Assembly (NCBI GenBank): GCA_013336225.1
Contig: JAAXUC010000003.1
Location: 9,564-73,563 of the forward strand
Direction: 5' to 3'
DNA: 64,000 nt
DNA from: Candidatus Moraniibacteriota bacterium
GTDB taxonomy: Bacteria > Patescibacteriota > Minisyncoccia > Moranbacterales > GWC2-37-73
Part shown: one piece after another, positions 56,962-64,000 of the stretch
Layout of the letters: each line of letters opens with the position of its first letter
Numbering within the stretch: position 1 is the first letter of the stretch
Position numbers and translations under genes: made by a program
Notes under the pieces: generated by a model
Seen by the model: the letters and a program-made list of their open reading frames with translations, nothing else
The model's database searches: none
Told to the model about the DNA's origin: nothing

Positions 56962-57195
56962 ATGGGCGAGATTAATTATGGGATTATCGGAAATATTTGC
57001 AAAGAGTGTTCTAAGGCCAAGGCCTCCATGGATAGAATTTATTCAAAGAAAGCTCTTAATGAGGTTTTGAATGAAGCATTGGAGCTTGCTTGCAGACAGC
57101 ATGATAGTGGCGAATTATGTGATTGTCCCTTTAATCAAACGAAAAAAGTGCTGGAATTTCTTGGCAATCAATGCGCTTTTTGTGATAACAAATAA
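56962..57195 (+). CDS. Small Cys-rich protein, possibly truncated (frame stays open to 57345 past the TAA)
   Basis: GGGGGG SD-like; CKEC, C, CDCP, CAFC. Confidence 0.5.
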   Translation: MGEINYGIIGNICKECSKAKASMDRIYSKKALNEVLNEALELACRQHDSGELCDCPFNQTKKVLEFLGNQCAFCDNK

Positions 57196-57404
57196 GCTCT
57201 CATCTACAATGAGGTGTTGCCTTATATTAAAAAAGAAAATCCACTCAAGGAAAAGGAGGGCAAGAAAGATCGCATAGCTGCAAAAGTTACAGGTAATCCA
57301 GGCAGGAAAGTTGTATATTTGTCTGAAATTATATCAAAAACATGATTAATGATTTGATTTCACTAATAACTCAAAAATAGTTTTCCAAAAAGGGGTGTAA
57401 TGCT

Positions 57405-57782
57405 ATGAGTCTTGGCCATGATATGGTATTAATTGCTGATGATGATGAAAATCAGCGGCGTGCGCTTGGTAAAATTCTGAGCAGATCTGGCTATGTTGTG
57501 TCTTTAGTCGCTAATGGTGAGGATGCCTTGAGAATCTTTGAAGAAAAAGATTGCATGTTCGATCTTATTATTACCGATTTTTGCATGCCAATAGAAGGTG
57601 ATGGGCTCAAACTCCTTCACAACATCAGAAAGCTTTCTGATGTGCCGATGGTTTTGGTTACCGGTTCTTCTGTTGGAGAAGTGGAATATGAAAAATTGCA
57701 AAGTTTTTTTAATGATCTTGCTGCGAAGCCCGTAAGTTCAGAAAGACTTGTTGCAATAGTGAATGAGCTTATCGTTAGATGA
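57405..57782 (+). CDS. Single-domain response regulator
   Basis: LIADDD, DLIITDFCMP, LVTG, KPV. Confidence 0.88.
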   Translation: MSLGHDMVLIADDDENQRRALGKILSRSGYVVSLVANGEDALRIFEEKDCMFDLIITDFCMPIEGDGLKLLHNIRKLSDVPMVLVTGSSVGEVEYEKLQSFFNDLAAKPVSSERLVAIVNELIVR

Positions 57783-57786
57783 TGCA

Positions 57787-57820
57787 AAGAGGTGACTTTA
57801 TTAAAGTCACCTCTTTTTTT
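57787..57820. terminator. Bidirectional terminator
   Basis: aaagaggtgacttta-t-taaagtcacctcttt. Confidence 0.78.
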
Positions 57821-57823
57821 AAT

Positions 57824-59221
57824 CTAATTTAGTTTAGCCTCCAGATTCCAAATATTGGCCTTGGTGATTTGAACTTTGATTATTTTGCCGAGCAGATCTT
57901 TTTTCTTTGACTCAACTTTCACATTCTTTTGTGTCCTAGTCTTTCCAAAGTAGGAACCATTTTTTTCTTTTTCAATAATCACTTCCATTTTTTTTCCAAC
58001 ATATTTTTTATTATTAGTGAAGGCTGTTTTTTTGAGAATTTCATTGAGAAAATTTTCACGTCTGAATTTTTCAGCTTGGGAAACATCATCTTTTAAGCCC
58101 CAAGCCACTGTTTCTGGGCGAGGAGAAAATTGTCCAAAAAAGACCATGTCATATTTTGTTTTTTCCATCACTGTGGCAGACTGGAGAAATTGCTTCTTTG
58201 TTTCACCTGGAAAACCTACGATAATATCAGAAGAAATTGAAAATAAAGCAGCTGGTTTATGTTTCTTGAAAGCAGATTTTATTTTCCTGATTCTTGCCAG
58301 GTAATGTTTTTGGGTGTATTTGCGATTCATTCTGCGCAAAATTTCATCATCTCCAGCTTGCACAGGAAGGTGAATCCATTCGCAAACTTTTTTGAGCTTA
58401 GCAATGTTTTCAATGAGTTCATCACTCATATCCTTGGGGTGTGAGGAGACAAATTGAATCCAAAATTTTCCAGGAATGGCATTGATTTTTTTGAGTAATT
58501 CAGTGAATGTTAATGCTTTTGCTCCATGTTTCATGCTCCATGTTCCATGATAAGAATTTACATTTTGTCCGAGCAATGTAATGCTTTTGTATCCTCTCGC
58601 AATCAGATCTTTAACTTCTGTGATGATTTCTTCAGCAGGCCGAGAAACTTCACGTCCCCGGGCATTCGGCACTACACAATATGAACAGAAATTGTTGCAT
58701 CCAGTCATGATTGGAACGTAGGCGGAGAATGCGCTTTGATATTTTGGGTTTATTGATAAGTAATCTATTTTTTCTTTACTTAGGATATTTTTCGTATTTC
58801 GTATTTCGTATTTCATCCCTAGGATAAGCTTGGGGCAAATATTTTGTATTTTTGAATTCATATGAGATACGTCATACAAGATACAAGATACGGATTCAGG
58901 AAAGTTTTTGATTTCACAAAAAAGATCAACCTTAGTTTTCATGCGTTTTTGCACATCGGCTCGATTGGCCAGGCAGCCTGTCATAATGATAGCTTTTAGC
59001 TTCTGGCTTTTAGCTTTTAGCTCAGCTTTGCGCAAATTGTTGATCATGCTGTAGGCGCGATTTTCTGCGGTTTGTTTGATACCGCAAGTATTGAAAATGA
59101 CCAAGTCAGCATCCTGGATTTTTTCAGTTAAAGAAAAACCTTGCTCTTCCAAGAAAGTTGCGATGCGCTCACTGTCAGAAACATTCATTTGGCAGCCGAA
59201 AGTTTTGATGAAATATTTCAT
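57824..59221 (-). CDS. miaB: tRNA-2-methylthio-N6-dimethylallyladenosine synthase
   Basis: TFGCQMN.SDSE, NTC, TGC, GCNNFCSYCVVP.ARG.E.SR, LLGQNVNSY, SSHP, DIIVGFPGET, TRAM domain. Confidence 0.93.
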   Translation of the reverse strand: MKYFIKTFGCQMNVSDSERIATFLEEQGFSLTEKIQDADLVIFNTCGIKQTAENRAYSMINNLRKAELKAKSQKLKAIIMTGCLANRADVQKRMKTKVDLFCEIKNFPESVSCILYDVSHMNSKIQNICPKLILGMKYEIRNTKNILSKEKIDYLSINPKYQSAFSAYVPIMTGCNNFCSYCVVPNARGREVSRPAEEIITEVKDLIARGYKSITLLGQNVNSYHGTWSMKHGAKALTFTELLKKINAIPGKFWIQFVSSHPKDMSDELIENIAKLKKVCEWIHLPVQAGDDEILRRMNRKYTQKHYLARIRKIKSAFKKHKPAALFSISSDIIVGFPGETKKQFLQSATVMEKTKYDMVFFGQFSPRPETVAWGLKDDVSQAEKFRRENFLNEILKKTAFTNNKKYVGKKMEVIIEKEKNGSYFGKTRTQKNVKVESKKKDLLGKIIKVQITKANIWNLEAKLN

Positions 59222-59263
59222 AAATCTGCAATGATTCAATAAATGATATTATACAGGGAATCT

Positions 59264-59433
59264 GCGCAATATATAGGTTTTTGCTTCACCTACTTTTTCT
59301 TGAAGCCGTAGCGAGCGACAGTGAGGTCCGAGTGAGTAGCTATGAATTTCGGCTGCGAATGTGCTCTCAAGAGAAAGCAGGTGAAGCAAGAATGTCCTTC
59401 TTTTATTTCTGGAACTTTGTATTGCGTATAATC
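59264..59433 (+). repeat. ~170-bp dispersed structured element, copy 3
   Basis: Aligns with 19991..20159 in the same orientation. Confidence 0.85.
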
Positions 59434-59480
59434 TGGTATAAGTAAGGGCGACTCAAATTAGAGTCGCCCAGTATAGCTAT

Positions 59481-59666
59481 TTAATTAAAAACAGCCATTC
59501 GTATTGTTGTAATTTCATGAGGGTGAAACCTGCCCTTTACGAGTAGGTTATGCAAAACTTCTGGCGTGATGTCCTTTGTGTCTGCTGGTATTGCAGACAT
59601 GGCTGTGACAACATCATGACAAGGAAATTTTTTGCTAAGTTTTTCCCTAAGCTCGTTTCTGTCCAT
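59481..59666 (-). CDS. Small hypothetical protein
   Basis: GGGAGG SD; hairpin gggcgactc..gagtcgccc downstream at ~59446-59469. Confidence 0.55.
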   Translation of the reverse strand: MDRNELREKLSKKFPCHDVVTAMSAIPADTKDITPEVLHNLLVKGRFHPHEITTIRMAVFN

Positions 59667-59726
59667 GATTAATTCCTCCCGAGATTTGATTTTACACTTG
59701 AAATTAAATTAAAACAAAAGAACTGA

Positions 59727-61487
59727 TTAATGCTTATCTTTAACTTTTTTTACCACATTTTGTATGAAATTGTCAAGGGAAAGTGTCTCTTGCTCTCTGA
59801 CTGACCGTGTTCGAATGGCCACGGTTTTGTCAGCAACTTCTTTTTCTCCCATCACGATGATATATGGAGTTTTCATTTTCTCAGCCAGAGAAATTCTTTT
59901 TCCAAGAGATTCTGCCTGATCATACATTTCAATTCTGATGTCATTTTCAAGTAATGCTTTCTTCACTTCCTCAGCATAATCAGCAAATTTTTCAGAGATT
60001 GGCAAAATTGCAACTTGCACCGGTGAAAGCCAGAGCGGGAAAGCGCCAGCAAAATGTTCAATCAAAAGCATCATAAATCTTTCATATGATCCCAGGATTG
60101 CGCGATGCACCATGACTGGTGAGGATTTTGTGCCTTCATTGTTGGTGTATTCCAAATCAAATCTTTTGGGGGTTGCAAAATCAAGTTGCACTGTTGGGAT
60201 TTGAATTTCTTTGCCGAGAGAATCTTTAAACATGAAATCCAATTTCGGGCCATAAAGAGCTGCTTCTCCTTCATGATTGATGGCATTTAATCCCATTTCA
60301 TCTGAAATTTCTTGTAGCATCTGCTCGCAAAGATCCCAATCTGAAGCTTCGCCAATATATTTTTCAGGATGCTCATAGTCGCGCACTGAAAGGTAAACAC
60401 TGTGATTGTCCCACATTCCAAGCGAGGTGTAGAAATTTTGAATAATTTCCACCATATTTTTCACTTCTTGCTTGACTTGGTCGACTGTGCAAAAAGAGTG
60501 TCCATCTTCCACTGTAATGGCAATCACGCGTTGCAAACCTCCGATTTCTCCTGGCTTTTCATCGCGATATTGTTTTTCACTTTCCATATAGCGGATAGGG
60601 AGGTCGCGATATGAACGCGCTTTGGACGCAAAAATCTGAGTTTGATGCGGGCATTGTACCGGCTTCATGACATAGTTTTGCTTGTAATGTGAGGTGACCT
60701 GGAAAAGTTCTTCGCCAAATTTTTGAGCATGTCCTGATTTTTCATAGAGATCAATCTTGGCCAAATGTGGAGTGGAAACTTTTTGGAAACCATAACCGCG
60801 ACAAACTTTTTCAATATGCTTTTGCAATTCATCCTTGATGATTGTTCCATTGGGTGTGAAAAGGGGAAGCCCTGGTCCAACCAAATCTGAAAAACAAAAT
60901 AGATCCAATTCTTTGCCGAGTTTGCGGTGATCTCTCTTGGCCGCTTCCTCAACTAAATGAAAATAGTTTTTAAGTTCATCTTTGTTTTCAAAAACCACTC
61001 CATAGATTCTTTGCAATTGTTGTTTTTCAGCATCTGCTTTCCAATATGCTCCGGAAATTTTAGTGAGGGCAAAAGCGCGCTGATCAATTTTCCCAGCAGA
61101 TTCAAGGTGTGGGCCAGAGCAAAGATCCACAAAGTTTCCAGATTTATAGACAGTGACAGTCTCATTGCCAGCTTTGTGCAGGTCATCGATGAGTTCAAGT
61201 TTTAGAGTTTGTTTAAGCTGTTTGAATTTTTCAATCGCTTCAACAACTGTTATTTCAGCTTTTTCAAATTCACGATTCTCTTTGATGATTGCTTTCATTT
61301 TTTCTTCCAGCAAGGGAAGATCTTCAGGGATCAGGGTGCGTGGCAAATCAAAATCATAGTAGAATCCATTTTCAATGGCCGGTCCGATTCCGAATTTGGC
61401 TTCCGGAAACATTTCCAAAACCGCAGCAGCCAGGACGTGAGCAGTGGAGTGTCTTAAAAGTTCTAATTTGTTTATTTCTGGTTTCAT
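59727..61487 (-). CDS. thrS: Threonine--tRNA ligase (no N-terminal TGS domain)
   Basis: LRHSTAHVLA, GFYYDF, DLCSGPH, RDHRKLG, KP..CP, YGPKLD, HRAILGS.ERF; start at ATG 61487. Confidence 0.96.
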   Translation of the reverse strand: MKPEINKLELLRHSTAHVLAAAVLEMFPEAKFGIGPAIENGFYYDFDLPRTLIPEDLPLLEEKMKAIIKENREFEKAEITVVEAIEKFKQLKQTLKLELIDDLHKAGNETVTVYKSGNFVDLCSGPHLESAGKIDQRAFALTKISGAYWKADAEKQQLQRIYGVVFENKDELKNYFHLVEEAAKRDHRKLGKELDLFCFSDLVGPGLPLFTPNGTIIKDELQKHIEKVCRGYGFQKVSTPHLAKIDLYEKSGHAQKFGEELFQVTSHYKQNYVMKPVQCPHQTQIFASKARSYRDLPIRYMESEKQYRDEKPGEIGGLQRVIAITVEDGHSFCTVDQVKQEVKNMVEIIQNFYTSLGMWDNHSVYLSVRDYEHPEKYIGEASDWDLCEQMLQEISDEMGLNAINHEGEAALYGPKLDFMFKDSLGKEIQIPTVQLDFATPKRFDLEYTNNEGTKSSPVMVHRAILGSYERFMMLLIEHFAGAFPLWLSPVQVAILPISEKFADYAEEVKKALLENDIRIEMYDQAESLGKRISLAEKMKTPYIIVMGEKEVADKTVAIRTRSVREQETLSLDNFIQNVVKKVKDKH

Positions 61488-61598
61488 AAAATTTCGAATT
61501 TCGAATTTCGAATTTTGAATCAAATCTGAATGATTGAATGTTTAAAAATTTAAACATTGGAAATTCATTCGAAATTCAAAATTGGAAATTAAAAATTA
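61488..61598. repeat. Heptamer-repeat element in the thrS leader
   Basis: (AATTTCG)n ... near copy of 14503..14612. Confidence 0.8.
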
Positions 61599-61599
61599 T

Positions 61600-61787
61600 T
61601 AAATAAAAAAAGTACCATCAAATAAGAGAATAGGAAAATTATAAACTTTCCACATCGAGACTCTTGATTTACACCAAGGGTGGTTCCACTCGATTTCCCG
61701 TATTATTTGGGCACTTTGTGCGCTTATTTGTAAGCAGCTTAAACAGAGATTTTTTGCGAGTTGGTAATTCGCATCTCATTTCATTGT
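61600..61787 (-). ncRNA. T-box riboswitch leader of thrS, compact
   Basis: AAATCGAG-TGGAACC-AC..GT-CTCGAT antiterminator, upstream hairpins, ACC in the apical loop of the first hairpin, downstream U-run; promoter TTGCTT-16-TATACT at 61821..61794. Confidence 0.75.
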
Positions 61788-61885
61788 GTCTATAGTATAC
61801 AAAATATTATATAAAAAGCAAGTTTTTAAAATTGAATTTTTTCGTATTCATACAAAATACAAAATACAAAATACGGGATACGCGA

Positions 61886-64000
61886 TTAAGCTAGTTCTGC
61901 ATTTCCGCCTTGGACGAGTTTTTTTATTTCTGTCAGCACATCTGGATGATGCTCAATTGAAAATGGCGTCTCAAGTTTATTGGCTTGATGATGCAGGAAA
62001 ACTTTGCAGGAACCAATCGTGCAAGTATTGAAAAATTTGGAAAGATTGTGAATGATTTCCGGGGTGGCATTTGGAGGAAGGGTGACAATTAGTCTATTAA
62101 ATTGATTTGAATTTTGATTATTGGTTTCTGATGCATGATGACTTTCGGCAATTACGCCACTGCCGCCTTGTTGATTGTGATCATCATTATTTTCATCACT
62201 ATCATCTTTCACCCCGTAAGTTTTCTTGGTTGCTTCCACGCGCAAATAGTTTTCAATTTCACCGCGGTTAAGTTCTTTGGCTTCATCAACAATGAGTTTG
62301 TAGACACCATCTTTGTCAGACAATCTGCCTTCAGCAATGATCATGCGTTCTTCTTCCCAAACACTGCCCATGCGCTCAAGAACTTTTGGAAAAACCAAAA
62401 CTTCAATTTTTCCTTTAGTGTCTTCAAGCATCACAAAAAGCATGGTTTCTTGCCGCTTGGTGAGAATTTTTTGAATTTTTTGAATTACTCCGCCAACGGC
62501 AATTTTTTGTCCAACCAATTCGGGAGTCAATTTGTCCAATGAAACTGCAACCTTGTCGATATATGCTTGATATTCTTTCACTGGATGTCCGCTGACATAG
62601 AGTCCAAGCAGTTCTTTTTCCCATTGCAATTGTTGTCTTTTGGAAGCAGGATCAACTTCAAGCAGCGGCACTTGCGGCGTTTCTAAAATGGCTTCGCCAA
62701 ATAGGCTGACCTGATTGGAGTTTTTGGATTTCTGCACACTCTTGGTGAACATTAAAATTTGTTCCATGCTTTGCACAATTTGATTTCTTTCGCCAAGCTC
62801 ATCAAGTGCGCCAACCTTTGCCAAGGCATCGATGGATTTTTTGTTGAGATCTTTCGTTTCAACTCTTTCCAAAAAGTCTCCCAGTGATTTGAATTTTCCA
62901 CCGCGCTTTCGCTCGGCCACGATTTCATGGGCAATCACGTGACCCACATTTTTGATTGCATTAAATCCGAAGCGAATATTTTCGCTTCCATCCGCATTTT
63001 CAATCACAGCAAAATCCTCAAAACTTTCATTCACGTTTGGTGCCAAAACTTTGATTCCCATGTCATGGCATTCAGCAGCTTCAATGGCGATGCGATCAAT
63101 GTTGTCCTGATCAGACGTTTGCAAGGCAGCCATAAATGCGGCAGGGTAGTGAGCTTTGAGATAGGCTGTTTGATATCCAATGATTGCATAGCAAGCGGCA
63201 TGCGAGCGATTGAAACCATAGCCAGCAAAAGGTTCAATGAAAGAGAAAACCTTTTCGGCAATTTCCTTGGTGCTGCCATTGGCAACACAGCCTTCCACAA
63301 ATTTAATTTTTTGTTCCTTAATCAATTCAAAAATTTTCTTACCCATCGCTTTGCGCAGCACATCAGCTTCGCCCATAGTGAAGCCTGCCAAATCACGAGC
63401 GATCTGCATCACTTGTTCTTGATACACAGCCACGCCGTACGTGTTTTTCAAAATCGGCTCCAATTTAGGATGAACATATTTAATTCTGCGTCCGTGTTTG
63501 CCGGAAATAAAATCAGGAATCCAATCCATTGGTCCTGGACGATAGAGTGCCACCATCGCAATGATGTCTTCAATGATGGTTGGTTTAAGCAATTTCAAAT
63601 AGCGTTTCATGCCGGAACTTTCAAATTGGAAAACTCCAGTGGTGCGTGCTTGTTGAAAAAGTTCATAGGTTTTGGCATCATCAATTGGGATGGTGTCAAT
63701 GTCAATATCAACTCCCTTGGTTGCTTTGACAATGCGCAAAGTGTTTTGAATGATGGTGAGATTTTTCAGTCCTAAAAAGTCCATCTTGAGTAGTCCAATT
63801 TTTTCCACATAAGAAGATTTGGTGGAGCAGGAATATTGCGTCACTGTTCCTTCGCGCGAACCAGTGATGTTTTGAATGGGGGAATAATAGGTGACAGGTT
63901 CCTTAGTGATCACTACGCCGCAGGCATGCATGCCAGCATGACGAACCACGCCTTCTAGGCGCATAGCACTGTCAATGAGTTTTCGTGCATCAGTACTTCC
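61886..64000 (-). CDS. dnaE: DNA polymerase III alpha subunit, 5'-truncated by the window edge
   Basis: HACGVVI, GLLKMDFLGL, GVFQFES, ALYRPGP, YQEQVM, YGFNRSHA, EKELLGLYVSGHP. Confidence 0.96.
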   Translation of the reverse strand, partial: GSTDARKLIDSAMRLEGVVRHAGMHACGVVITKEPVTYYSPIQNITGSREGTVTQYSCSTKSSYVEKIGLLKMDFLGLKNLTIIQNTLRIVKATKGVDIDIDTIPIDDAKTYELFQQARTTGVFQFESSGMKRYLKLLKPTIIEDIIAMVALYRPGPMDWIPDFISGKHGRRIKYVHPKLEPILKNTYGVAVYQEQVMQIARDLAGFTMGEADVLRKAMGKKIFELIKEQKIKFVEGCVANGSTKEIAEKVFSFIEPFAGYGFNRSHAACYAIIGYQTAYLKAHYPAAFMAALQTSDQDNIDRIAIEAAECHDMGIKVLAPNVNESFEDFAVIENADGSENIRFGFNAIKNVGHVIAHEIVAERKRGGKFKSLGDFLERVETKDLNKKSIDALAKVGALDELGERNQIVQSMEQILMFTKSVQKSKNSNQVSLFGEAILETPQVPLLEVDPASKRQQLQWEKELLGLYVSGHPVKEYQAYIDKVAVSLDKLTPELVGQKIAVGGVIQKIQKILTKRQETMLFVMLEDTKGKIEVLVFPKVLERMGSVWEEERMIIAEGRLSDKDGVYKLIVDEAKELNRGEIENYLRVEATKKTYGVKDDSDENNDDHNQQGGSGVIAESHHASETNNQNSNQFNRLIVTLPPNATPEIIHNLSKFFNTCTIGSCKVFLHHQANKLETPFSIEHHPDVLTEIKKLVQGGNAELA

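Noticed and set aside
62927-63775. 282-aa ORF antisense to dnaE, and similar antisense ORFs such as 46509..47153, 25889..26434 and 31516..32058
   Set aside because: Shadow ORFs of well-conserved genes, with no motifs or start signals.
1-64000. Stop-codon reassignment (code 25 or TAA readthrough)
   Set aside because: Conserved genes translate full length in code 11 and end normally at TAA, TAG or TGA. The few in-frame TAAs affect only orphan or start-ambiguous ORFs.

Overview
This 64-kb window is AT-rich bacterial chromosome. Gene content, protein style and SD-less core genes suggest a Patescibacteria/CPR (Parcubacteria, Moranbacteria-like) genome; this is inference, not a database result. 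It opens with a surface-protein locus: two FN3-rich paralogues with nearly identical C-termini, followed by ~116-bp structured repeats, plus a DUF1554-like gene. Housekeeping genes include secG, rnj, folD, leuS, secE-nusG-rplK-rplA, tRNA-Ala and tRNA-Ile, a seven-gene dTTP cluster, gatB, thrS and a partial dnaE. There are six RNA-modification enzymes (U32/TrhP-like, RlmN, Elp3, Trm9-like, MiaA, MiaB) and scattered SD-led orphan genes. Most notable: (1) Elp3 is divergently paired with a Trm9/ALKBH8-type methyltransferase, a candidate bacterial mcm5U34 pathway; (2) a compact T-box riboswitch precedes thrS, apparently with an ultrashort Stem I carrying an ACC specifier; (3) heptamer and palindromic repeats have entered conserved enzymes in frame, with the stop-codon position mutated; (4) a ~170-bp structured element occurs in three dispersed copies. 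No CRISPR array, rRNA, transposase or reverse transcriptase was found.
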